A stretch of 64,000 nt of DNA, from assembly GCA_051294375.1 (NCBI GenBank), contig CM119265.1:27380839-27444838 (forward strand), read 5' to 3'. Positions within the stretch are counted from its first letter, which is position 1. The number at the start of each line of letters is the position of its first letter. Both the position numbers and the translations under genes were made by a program. The stretch is from Paraspadella gotoi. Its lineage: Eukaryota; Animalia; Chaetognatha. Positions 53,730 through 64,000 of this stretch are shown here, one piece after another. The notes below the pieces were generated by a model. That model did not search any database, was not told where the DNA came from, and worked only from the letters and a program-made list of their open reading frames with translations.

Positions 53730-54235
53730 AGAATATGAGAAGAAAAAAGGGTGTTAGAAAATGACAAAAAATGTAAGAATAATATGAGAAGGAGACAAAA
53801 AGATGTAAGAATGTGAGAAAAAGACAAAAAGAGATAAGAACATAAGAACAAGGAGACAAAAATAGATAAGAATGTGAGAAGGAGACAAAAAGAGATAAGA
53901 ACATGAGAAGGAAAAAAAAAGAGAATGTGAGAAGGAGACAAAAAGAGATAACAATGTGAGAAGAAGACAAAAAGAGATTGGAATGTGAGAAGGAGACAAA
54001 AAGAGATAAGAATGTGAGAAGGAGACAAAAAAGATTGGCATGTGAGAAGGATACAAAAAGAGATAAGAATGTGAGAAGGAGACAAAGAGAGACACCAGAA
54101 TGTGAGAAGGAGACAAAAAGAGATAAGAAGCATGAGAAGGAGAGCAAAAAGAGATAAGAATGTGAGACCAGGAGACAAAGAGAGACAAGAGTGTGAGAAG
54201 GAGACAAAATACGAGATAAGAATGTGAGAAGGAGA
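53730..54235. repeat. ~29-bp minisatellite
   Basis: Unit AAAAAGAGATAAGAATGTGAGAAGGAGAC. Confidence 0.9.
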
Positions 54236-54413
54236 AACACCCAATTAAAGAAAAGAGGAAGCATCGTTCGGCTGTCGATGTCGCTTTAATTTTTTTTCTC
54301 CTAAAATATGTTTGGACTCGGCGAAGGTCGGCGACAGCACACTCTCTCATCGTCTCTCCTCTCTCTACTCTCCTCTTCCCTCTCCTCTCTCTTCTCTCCG
54401 TTCCCTTCCTCTC

Positions 54414-54650
54414 TTACGCAGGTAAACACGAGTTATTTATAAACTCGTGGAAGACGCCAGCCTTGACTGAAGGCGAATCGGCCGGTCCCGAATTCCTCGT
54501 CGTTCGTCGTCGTCCGTCGTCGTCGTCGTCATCATCGTCGTTATTTTCGTCGTCGTCGTCTTCGTCGTCATCAATGTCATCGTTGATGCTTCTTCCTTCC
54601 CAAACTTTTCTATGCAAATGGAACAAAAAAGCGTGAGTGACCTCAACTGC
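54414..54650. other. GC-rich exon-like island, coding strand unresolved
   Basis: Plus strand: TACGCAG| at 54421 and |GTGAGT at 54633; reads as a TM exon only if two single-base insertions are removed. Minus strand: open acidic terminal-exon-like frame (...INDDIDDDEDDDDENNDDD...SCLPA*). Confidence 0.35.
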
Positions 54651-55758
54651 TGTCGATATAAGAGGAAAAGGGAGGAAAAGGGAGGAAACGGGAGGAAAAG
54701 GGAGGAAAAGGGAGGAAAAGAGAGGAAAAGGGAGCAAAAGGGAGGAAAAGGGCGGAAAATGAAGGAAAAGAGAGGAAAAGAGAGGAAATGGAGGAAAGAA
54801 TTAAGGAAAAGATGAAAAGGAAAATTATGGGAAAAAATGGACAAAAAGAGTCGAAAAGGGCAGAAAAAATCGAGCACAGGGGAAGAAAAAGGTCATGTGA
54901 AATAAATATAAAATATAAAATAAAATAACAAGTTTGAGCAAACAATGTCGGATCTGCCTACATTAATTAAGCGGTAGTAAGCTAATCCGATGATAAATCA
55001 CGATAACTTTCAATTTGTGATCTTAACAGATCATAACAAATCGTAACATTACAAATCAAAACAGACTTAATAAATATATAAAGAAATATATAAATCAATT
55101 GATAAATAAATGGAAAATTAAAAGTGATATCCAATAGAGAATAGGAAAAGAAGGGAAAAAAAAACAGAGAACAAAATAAAAGAAAGGGAAAGAAAAAAGG
55201 AAAAGAGAAAGGACAATAGAGAAAAAATAAAAGAGAAAAACAAGGAGAAGAAAAAAAACAAGGGAGGAAAATTGAAAAGGAGGGAAAGGAGAGAAGGAAA
55301 GGAAAGAACAAAGGAAAGAAAAAGAGAAAAAGGAAGAAAGAAAAAGAAAAAAGGAAAAAAGAAAAAAAACAAAAGAACAAAGAAAAGAAAAAAAAGAAAA
55401 AAAAGAAAAAAAAGAAAAAAGAAAAAAAGGAAAAGAGAAAGGACAATAGAAAAAAAATAAAATAAAAAAACAGGGAGAAGAAATGAAAAGTAGGGAAAGA
55501 GAAAAAGAACAAAGGAAGAAAGAAAAAAAAAGAACAAAGGAAAGAAAAAAGAAAAAGGAAGGAAAGAAAAAGAGAAAAAGAACAAAGGAAAGAAAAAAGA
55601 AAAAAAAAAAGATGGAGGCGTCGATCTGCCAATAGAATCTGCAAAGGGATCGAATTTTGATGGAAATCGAGATTTTGGAGAAGGGGGGAGGAGAAGGGGG
55701 ATGGTAGGAGGTGGTGAGTTGAGGTGGGGGTGGTTGGAGGTGGGTGAAGAAGTCGTCG

Positions 55759-55930
55759 GGCTCTCTTTTCCCAGAGTGCCCCATTTCTGTTCCTTCAATT
55801 GGTTTTAATTTCATTATCCTAACCCCTAAACTTAAATCTTAACGTCAACCCTTTAACCTAATATTTAAGTCGTAGAATTAATTTAGTTCAAAATTTAATC
55901 TGGAATGGGGGGTTCTGAGAAAATAAGGCC
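55759..55930. mobile_element. Same MITE family, short copy
   Basis: Ends GGCTCTCTTTTCCCAGAGTGCCCCATTT and AATGGGGGGTTCTGAGAAAATAAGGCC; internal CCTAACCC units; no TSD visible. Confidence 0.55.
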
Positions 55931-56291
55931 GCGGATTGCATTGAAATAAAATAACTGATGGAGAAAGGAAAGGACGGGTAAGTGATAACCTTGCACGGGA
56001 AGAAAGAAGAGGGGAGGTGCGATAAAAAAGTAAGTGCGAACGGGTAAGTGGGAAGAGGGAGAAGTCGGGAGAATAAATGACTGACCCTATTTTTAGTCGG
56101 GGAAGTCGCGAAGAGGAGGAGGAGGAGGAGGAGGAGGAGGAGGAAGAGGAGGAGGAAGACTCATGAGTGATTATCGGTTATGGTTTTAGTTGGTCAAGAT
56201 AAAACATCGAACAAACTGGATGTAGATTATAATAAAACGGATATAAAACAGAATATGAAAACAGGGAACAATCTTGAGGGACAAGGTCACA

Positions 56292-56342
<51 letters not shown>

Positions 56343-58442
56343 ATATTGATTCTACTCTCATTTAAAAAAAACAAAAAACAAAAAGATAAATGAATGATGG
56401 TGGTGCTGGTTTCGACCGAGAGAGAAATGCCTTTTGTTTTGATAAAAAAAGTTTTGCATTGGAGTTTGAGCCAAACGTGCGAAGCCGTTTCCCTTGCTCG
56501 TGCTTATCTTCTCTTACTCTTTCTCTCTCTTCTTTTTTTTAAGCTTTTGTTTTGATTTCCTAACGAAAAAAAAACAATTGTGTTGGTATCTTTGCCTCTT
56601 GGTAGTGGAAAAATAGCTTCGGGGTTGGAAAATGAAGATGGGTTAAAGATAAGAAATGCTAGGTTTTTTAAGTTAATTTTGATGGAGGAACATTGACATT
56701 GTCATAACATTGACACAAGCATTAATTAAAAAAACAAGCACTATTGACCCTAGACTTGAGACAGAGGAGAGTACCTAGAAAAGTTTTTAATCCAAACTTT
56801 CTCGCAATCTAATTTATTGGGTCCCAAAAAAAGCTAAAAGAAAAAAAAATAAATAAAAAGAAAAGAAAGAAAAAAGCCGAAACCCGTTTGCTACTTTTTA
56901 AAATTCATTTTTGTTCTTTTATAATAAAGTTTTATTTATTTTCTTTTATATTCGTACTTCGTTTAAAAAAAAGTAATAACCATAAAAAAATCTTGTTTTT
57001 AGGAACCAAGTCGTACAATAAAGCCGAGAATTTTTCACGAAAAAACCGGAAACATTTTCCTTTTTTTTATCCAATTTTTTTTCTTTTTTTTTGACTCAAA
57101 ATTTTTACACCTTTTTTCTTTAATTTTCTATTTTCTATTTCCATTTGTCTCTTTCCCCTTTTCTCTTTCTTTTTTTCCTTTCCTTTTCTTTTCTATATTA
57201 TTTCTCTTTCTCGTTCCTTTTTATCCTTTTGTTTTTTTCCTTCTCTTTCATTTTTTCCTTCTCTTCCTTTACTTTTTTCTATTTCCCCCCCTCATTTTAA
57301 AATTTTTTTCTCTATTATTTTTTTTTCTTTTTTATTTTTCTAATTTTTTTTCCTCTTTTCTTTTTCCCTTCACTTTCCTATATCTTTTCCTTCTCTTTTC
57401 TTTATTTCTTCACTTTCCTTTTTTCCCTTCTCTTTTTTACTTTTTTTTACTTTCCTTCTTTTTTCAATTTCTTTCCTTCTTTTTTCTTTTCTTTTCCAAC
57501 CGACTGCGTTTTAATTTTATTTCCTCAGTCGTGATTTTCTGCCAACAAAAAAAAACTTTTCGTCTCCGTGAAACGAAAATTTGGGGGAAAATAGAAAGAA
57601 GAAAAAAAGAAAAGGAAAAAGACGAGGAAGAGGAAAAAGAAGAGAAAGAGAAGGAAAAAAGAGGAAAAGGAAGAGGCAGAGGATAAAGAGGAAGAGGCAG
57701 AGGAAACGGGAAGTCGAGTTTCGGGATAACCGAGTTCCGTTGTTTGTCGAACTCATTTCGTGTTGCGGTTGAGCCAAGGATTAGATTTCCCTTCTGCGGA
57801 TTCGTTGACTCTTTGCTTCCAGGTTTACGCAACTCATTTTGTCGATTAAGTTATGGAAGGACAAGATTTCTGGTTTAACAGTTTGTCGGTGCTGAAATAT
57901 TATGTAGAGGCTTGTGATATAATCAAAATTCAAATTTGTGTAATAATTATAATAAGCTTTCGGTTTAAAAGACTTATTGATGGTTATTTGAAAAATTTGT
58001 GAAACTAATTTTTTGTCAATGTTTTAAACTGCGATGAAAATGTTGCAAAGTTCTTAATTTGACAGTTTGTCGAGTCTTACTTTCAAATTTCTAAAACATA
58101 TTTATTGATAAAATTAAGAAAAGATAATTTGATTGGTTACAATTTAATTAACTTTTAAAATACAAATTTTTGTACAAAATTCTAGAAAGTGAAGAAAGTC
58201 TCGTAAGTCACCTGACTCTTAATTCCGTGAAATGACGAAATAAACCCAAAAAACGAATTTCTTTTTCGAAGGTCAAACTAGTTTATCGAACATTTACAAC
58301 GATTACGACGGAAGGATCGGATTTCTATGGCGAGTGACGTCGACGGTGACTCGTAAAGACGTGATGGAGTCTTGGCTGTGAATCAGTCGAGGAAGTGAAT
58401 TAGTCTTTGACGCGGAATCCCCCGTGATCCAGTCTCGGTTGT

Positions 58443-58683
58443 GAACTCTCGGCCGTGATTGTGTTTTCGTGAAAAACTCATGTAGGAGGCGAACTTGGCC
58501 TCACGCCCGTTTAGGCCAATGCAGAGTTCACGAATCATTCTGAGGAAAGCTTCTGANNNNNNNNNNGGTCAACTCTCGGCCGTGATTGTGTTTTCGTGAA
58601 AAACTCATGTTGGAGGCGAACTTGGCCTCGCGCCCGTTTAGGCCAATGCAGAGTTCACGAATCATTTTGAGGAAAGCTTCTGA
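58443..58683 (+). repeat. ~113-bp duplication across a 10-N gap (unmerged contig ends/haplotypes)
   Basis: 58443-58556 and 58571-58683 are identical apart from three substitutions. Confidence 0.85.
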
Positions 58684-58785
58684 ACAGTGAGCAGTTCTCT
58701 GTCGTGTGAATCTCACTTAGCTGTGAACCTCTGTCAGTGAGTGACGTCGAAATCTCGACCCTCGGATCAGATTTATGTTTTTTGC

Positions 58786-58827
<42 letters not shown>

Positions 58828-59191
58828 AAATTGACGAAACCTCATCCGATCCAATCTGGGTCTCTCCTCTCAATTGGCCACAAACAACAACGACGATGAA
58901 GACGACGACGACGACGACGACGAAGAAGAAGAAGCCGGAGATGAAAACGACGACGAGAAAGACGACCCCGACGACGAAAAAAAGAGGGAGGTACTTTTCT
59001 TTTCCGCCAATTAACTCGGGACGGATCTTCCCTTCCTCCCTTCCCCTTCCTCCTCCTCTTGTCCCTCTTTTAGACCTCTTTTCCTCCTTTTCTTCTCTCT
59101 TTTAGACCCTTCTCTCCTCTTCTCTTCCCCTCTTCTAGACCCTCCTCCTCCTCTTCCTCTTCCCCCTTTCTAGACTCCTCCGTCTCCTCTT

Positions 59192-59266
59192 ATTGATCGA
59201 CTGTCCACTCCTCCACAAGCCTCTTCGGCCCCGTCCTTCTCCAATCTCTGCGCCACCGTCGTAAAT
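59192..59266 (-). CDS. Possible continuation of the C-type lectin domain
   Basis: One frame reads IYDGGAEIGEGRGRRGLWRSGQSIN, resembling the CTLD 'W.GG.D.G..G...W.SGQ.V' segment. Splice sites are unresolved and the upstream side is a MITE end. Confidence 0.35.
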
Positions 59267-59270
59267 CTTC

Positions 59271-59478
59271 GGCTCTCTTTTCCAAACGCGCACTATTTTA
59301 ACCTAATCGTTTAATCTTTATTTATTACTAAATCTGAAACCCTAATCCCTAACTCTAATCCTTAACCGTTTAACCCCAACCCTAATCCTTAACCTTTAAA
59401 CCTCCAACTTAATTATTAAATTTTTTTAATTTATTTCCGAATTTAAAATGAAATGGGGCACTTTGGTAAAATAAAGCC
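59271..59478. mobile_element. Same MITE family, opposite orientation
   Basis: Ends GGCTCTCTTTTCCAAAC and GGGGCACTTTGGTAAAATAAAGCC; internal CCCTAA-like units; flanks share AAATC (5 of 8). Confidence 0.65.
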
Positions 59479-59798
59479 AAATCGGGCTAGGTTCGGCACT
59501 CCCCCCTCCTTTTCCTCACCCCACCTTTGCCCTACCCCAACCCCCCAAAACCCCCACAACCCCCCTGCCTCCCACCTTTCCCGTCAAACCCTCAAGGCGC
59601 CCAATTAAGGCTCCTGCGCTTTTCCCCATTTCTTTTCATTTGTCGACTTTGCTCTCTCGTTCGATTTGTTCGTTCCTTCGTTCATTTTGTTCGTTCGTTC
59701 GTTCATTTTGTTCGTTCTTTGGTTCGTTCGTTTTGTTCGTTGGGTTTATCTTCTTCGCCTTCTCTTGGAAAGAAAGAGAGAGAGAGAGAAAGAGAGAG

Positions 59799-59834
<36 letters not shown>

Positions 59835-60377
59835 TGTGAGGGCAGAGAGACGAAAGGTAGGGAAGTTGACAGCTAAGGAAGGGAGAGTGTCGAGGTAAAG
59901 AGTGGAGATAAGAGGAAAAAGAGGAAAAGGAGGAAGAGGAAAGAGGAAAAGGAGGAAGAGGAAGTAGAAAAGGAGGAAGAGGAAAGAGAAAAGAAGGAAG
60001 AGGAAAGAGAAAAGAAGGAAGAGGAAGGAGAAAAGGAGGAAGAGGAAAGAGAAAAAGGGGAAGAGGAAAGAGAAAAGAAGAAAAAGGAGGAAGAGAAAAG
60101 GAGAAAGAGGAAGAGGAAGAAGAAAAGAAGGAAAAGGGAAAAAAAAGAGGAAAAGAAAGAAAAAAGGAGGAAAGGGAAAAGGAGGAAGAGGAAAAAAATG
60201 AGAAAAGGAAGAAGAAAAGAAATAAGAAAACAAGAAAAGGGAAAAAAAGGAGGAAAAGACAAAAAAGAAGGAAAGAAAAAGGGAGAGAAGAAAATAGAAA
60301 TTAAGTAGGAGAAATAGTGAGTTGAAAAATGGGAACGAGAAATGAATTGAGTGAAAATGAGATAATGTAATTACCTG

Positions 60378-60462
<85 letters not shown>

Positions 60463-60691
60463 AGAGAGAGAATGAGAAAGATGTTTTGCTGAAGAAAACA
60501 AACGCTTCTTCGAGTGGAAATAGTTGGGACGAAAGGAAATTAAGGGGAGACACCTGACGGAAGCGAAAGTGGAATTTAGTTGCGGAGTCAAAATAAAAAT
60601 AAATGACGAAAACAAACACGAGAGAGAGAAAAGAGGGTTGGGAAAAAGAAGGTAAGAAAAATCATTCATTGAACATTCAATTAATTCTATT

Positions 60692-60724
<33 letters not shown>

Positions 60725-61057
60725 NNNNNNNNNNNNNNNNNNNNNNNNNNNNNNNNNNNNNNNNNNNNNNNNNNNNNNNNNNNNNNNNNNNNNNNNNNNN
60801 NNNNNNNNNNNNNNNNNNNNNNNNAAAAACCGCCAATCACAATCACCAATCAAAATTGCCAAACATAATAACCAATCATAATTGACAATAACAATCGCCA
60901 ATAAAAACCGATAAATACAATCACCAATCACAATTTCCAGTCATATTAACTCATAACCACCAATCGTAATCGCCAATCATAATCTCAACCCATCCTTTGA
61001 ACCCCATCCCTACCTTTACCCACCCCGCCCCCACCCAACCCCCACCCCCGCCCTCAC

Positions 61058-61380
61058 CTCTCCACCATCACCATCTCTTCCTCCGTCCTTATCTCCGCCA
61101 ATTCCGCTCCCATCTGTAAACATCTCTCTCCCGCCGTCTCCTTCGTCTCGAACCCCGTGTGATTCAGATGGAAGCATCCGCCCTTGATCGGCAGAAAGTG
61201 ATCCAGACCGGGCGGGCACGAGGGCGTGAGAAGGGCCGAGAGGAGGGGCGGGCCGATGAGGAGGAGGAGGAGGGGGAAGAGGAGGAAGAGGAAGAGGAGG
61301 AGACGACGAGGGGAGAGGAGGAAGGGATGAGGAGGAGGAGGAGGAGGATGAGTGGGAGGAGAGCGGCGGGAGGAACGGAC
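61058..61380 (-). CDS. Exon F: TM helix followed by N-terminal half of a C-type lectin-like domain
   Basis: Acceptor CTCTCGCAG|, donor AG|GTGAGG, 323 nt, phase 0/2. RR-LLLFLFLLFPLLLLLIGPPLLSALL is followed by SCPPGLDHFLPIKGGCFHLNHTGFETKETAGERCLQMGAELAEIRTEEEMVMVE, matching the long-form CTLD start (CPxG...CF...A...C..MGAxLAxI..EEE). Confidence 0.85.
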
Positions 61381-62145
61381 CTGCGAGAGGGAGGGGTGAT
61401 ACAATAACAACTACAACAACAACCGCCCAAAAAATGGGACAACAATAACGAAAAGCGACAAGAAAACAAAACAGAGAGAAAAAAAGGGAAAAAGAGAAAG
61501 AAAAAAAGGAAATAAAAGGGAAACGAGAGGAGAATTGAGAAAGAACTGAAAAAAGAATTGAAAAAAGAATTGAAAAAGAAAAAAAAGGGAAACGAAGGGA
61601 GAATTGAGATGAATGAAAAAAAAATTGAATAAAGAATTGAAAAAAAAAAGTGAAACGAGAGGAGAATTGAGAAAGAATTGAAAAAAGAATTTAAAAAGAA
61701 TTGAAAAAGAAAAAAAAGGGAAACGAAGGGAGAATTGAGAAAGATGAGGTTTGCAGGTGAAAGAAGATAAAAGCAAAACAAATATTTGTGGGGAAAGAAA
61801 AAAAAAACAGAAAGGATTGAAAAAGAAGATAGAAGAGGAAAGATGAAAAGAAAGAAGGAATTCTAGACAGAAAAAGAGAAAAAAAGAAAATATAGGGAAT
61901 AGTTAAACAGAAAATGAGTCAAAAGGTTTTAAAAATGATAAATAAAATGAATAAATGATAATCAATAATACTAAATTATAATAAAAACAAATAAATAAAA
62001 TAAATGAACAAGAATAAAATAACAATGTTAATGGTAGAGTTAAACGAAAAAAAAAATGTTTAAAAAAACAGAAACAAAAGTGGAAAGCGTTTAAACAAGG
62101 AAAAAAACAAGCAACAACAACAAGAAAAAGAAAGGCCACGCCCAC

Positions 62146-62267
62146 CTGACGAGCGACTTCGAGCAGACGACGCGTAAGATCGACTTCCGGATCCAAATCA
62201 CAAATGGAGAGAAGAGAATTGATTTGACCGAGAAGTTCGGAAAGTCGGACGAGAAGAGTCATGGATT
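62146..62267 (-). CDS. Exon E: predicted cytoplasmic helical segment
   Basis: Acceptor CCCCAG|, donor CAG|GTGGGC, 122 nt, phase 1/0. Reads ESMTLLVRLSELLGQINSLLSICDLDPEVDLTRRLLEVARQ. Confidence 0.78.
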
Positions 62268-62290
62268 CTGGGGTGGGATTGATTGATCGG

Positions 62291-62325
<35 letters not shown>

Positions 62326-62327
62326 AC

Positions 62328-62405
62328 CTTGTTCGTCCAACGTCGATTGCGAAGGCGGAGTTTTTTCGTCCTCAATCTCATGCAAATTTCCGTTGATCGT
62401 TTCCA
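62328..62405 (-). CDS. Exon D: predicted cytoplasmic region
   Basis: Acceptor TTTATCAG|, donor G|GTATCA, 78 nt, phase 1/1. Reads VETINGNLHEIEDEKTPPSQSTLDEQ. Confidence 0.75.
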
Positions 62406-62503
62406 CTGATAAACAAAGATAAAGAATATTAATTAATGTTAATAAATGTTAATTATGTTAATAAATGTTAATTAATATCAATAAATCATTATATCTCGTT
62501 CAC

Positions 62504-62597
62504 CCGTTTCGTTTGAATTCTCTTTCTCTCGATTGACGATCGAAGCTTCGACGTTGAGAAGATTTTCTCGGAGAGAAACTCGCGTTTCCATGGTGAT
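62504..62597 (-). CDS. Exon C: predicted cytoplasmic region
   Basis: Acceptor TAACAG|, donor G|GTGAAC, 94 nt, phase 0/1. Reads ITMETRVSLRENLLNVEASIVNREKENSNET. Confidence 0.75.
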
Positions 62598-62899
62598 CTG
62601 TTATGAATTCTGATTGATTGATTGATTGATAGGATTGGTTTATTTATTCATTGATTCAATTCAACGAATGAACGAATAAACTGAAAATCTAAAAAAACAA
62701 CTAACTCACTTAATCATTAAAACAAACGATCAAACAAGCTAACAAACGACCGACCGACCGAACCGACCACCGACCAGACCGACCACCGACCGACCGAACC
62801 GACCGAATCCGACCGACCGACCGACGACCGACCGACCGACCGACCGACGACGCGAACAGGACCGACCGGACCGACCGACCGACCGACCCTAATTCTTAC

Positions 62900-63088
62900 C
62901 AGAGACGCCAAAGCGTCAACCACTTGGTGCGCTTCGGTCATGAGGACGTCGCAATACAAAGCTCGGACCGTCTCGTGGACGCCGCGCCCCCAGACGGTCG
63001 TCGCCGCCACCGACGCCAAAAAGCAGACGCCCAACGCCACCGCGGCGATGGCGTTGTAGACCGTCCAGAGGATGCGACCGTGGGTCAC
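62900..63088 (-). CDS. Exon B: second TM helix
   Basis: Acceptor TTCAAG|, donor CTG|GTAAGA, 189 nt, phase 0/0. Reads VTHGRILWTVYNAIAAVALGVCFLASVAATTVWGRGVHETVRALYCDVLMTEAHQVVDALASL. Confidence 0.85.
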
Positions 63089-63284
63089 CTTGAATCAATG
63101 GGGAGAAGGGAGAGCGAGTTAGGGTTGTATGTAAGTCTGTCTGTCTATCTGTTTGTCTATGCAAATCTCCGTCTGTCTGTTTTTTTCGAGCTGGCTCTGT
63201 ATGTTTATCTGTCCACCTTTACATGTGTCGGTCCGTCATTTTGGCCGCATGTCCATTGTCCAAACTCTATCTACTCGTTTTTAC

Positions 63285-63540
63285 GAAATTGGTACAACCA
63301 ATATAAAAATTATCCATTCATTTAATAAATAAGCTATCTTGCCCCTGACTTTGGACAGGCTTTGGTGGTTTAAGGCCTCCATCACTCTTACAAGATATTG
63401 ACATAGCAGGTCCATGCAAGCTTTCAATCAAGACTCTCTCTCAGTCTCTTTTATTCACTCCCAGAGTACCTGGCTTCCCTATCAATGAAGTGGTATAATG
63501 TTTCAAAAAATGTTTCAATTGTATGAAAAGACCACTCCCT
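63285..63540 (+). mobile_element. Unclassified ~250-bp dispersed repeat
   Basis: Colinear copies at 40109-40353 (+), ~21622-21931 (-, with insertion), ~27060-27170 (-, partial) and a stub at 3497-3511. Shared start GAAATTGGTACAACC. Confidence 0.75.
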
Positions 63541-63638
63541 TATATCGGGGAATACTATATTGTACTCCGCCCAGCATCAAAGAGATGAATTTTTTTTTAT
63601 TTCTGTGCGTCAGTCAGTCTGTATGTCAGTTTCTCTCG

Positions 63639-63677
<39 letters not shown>

Positions 63678-63720
63678 CCTTCATTTAACTCATTTAACTC
63701 ATTTAACTCATTTAACTCAC

Positions 63721-63783
63721 CCTCAGATTGTAATGTCCGGCAGCGAAAGCGCAATACGCGCTGGGATGACAAGGATCCACCGA

Positions 63784-63820
<37 letters not shown>

Positions 63821-64000
63821 AGCGCCGTCCACAGCGGACCCACGGCGCCGCAGTCGACGACGTCGAAGTGGCTGCAGCGCAGGAAGACGGCGTCCGGATC
63901 CGCGGGGCTGCGGTCGCGGCGGAGGAAGAAGACGGCGGCTGAGAAGGAGAAGGAGAAGAGGAGGACGAGGAGGAGGAGGCGGAGGAGGATGGAGGAAAGG
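63721..64000 (-). CDS. Exon A (5'-truncated by window edge) of multi-pass membrane protein with C-terminal C-type lectin domain: TM helix plus Cys-rich loop
   Basis: Stop-free frame 63999-63721 (93 codons): LSSILLRLLLLVLLFSFSFSAAVFFLRRDRSPADPDAVFLRCSHFDVVDCGAVGPLWTAL-polyS-VDPCHPSAYCAFAAGHYNLR. GC3-rich codons; donor AGG|GTGAGT, phase 0. Confidence 0.8.

Noticed and set aside
58380-58716. AFLRMIRELCIGLNGREAKF as the CTLD 'WIGL' segment
   Set aside because: Lacks the Trp and downstream Cys pattern, no phase-compatible splice sites, and is interrupted by a gap duplication.
59271-59478. MITE acting as an intron-generating element (introner) in the lectin gene
   Set aside because: No convincing donor at the element edge, and the reconstructed empty-site frame hits TGA shortly upstream.

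Overview
AT-rich, microsatellite-saturated metazoan (invertebrate-type) genomic DNA from a draft assembly with N gaps and unpolished long-read patches. No prokaryotic features, RNA genes or CRISPR arrays were seen, and almost all ORFs in the track are low-complexity artefacts. Two spliced genes can be reconstructed. (1) A minus-strand gene entering from the right edge: six phase-compatible GT-AG exons (61058-64000) encode TM / Cys-rich loop / TM / cytoplasmic helical region / TM / C-type lectin domain. Its first TM-loop-TM unit resembles, by eye, the TM3-EL2-TM4 half of connexin/pannexin-type large-pore channels; this is the most unusual object in the window. (2) A plus-strand immunoglobulin-superfamily gene (exons about 17510, 19252, 27228, probably 30536 and later low-complexity exons). 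Mobile DNA includes a 3.65-kb CAC-TIR element with an internal A-B-A'-B' inverted structure, Merlin-like MITEs carrying degenerate TTAGGG repeats (one with an exact 8-bp TSD), Helentron-type HINEs and a ~250-bp dispersed repeat. Other features are a 70-bp near-perfect intronic palindrome and many minisatellites, one of which reads like a multi-copy peptide precursor. The large tandem duplications (4.4-9.4 kb vs 12.1-17.2 kb; 47.3-50.7 kb vs 50.7-53.5 kb) and the 2.5-kb A-rich block are most likely assembly artefacts.
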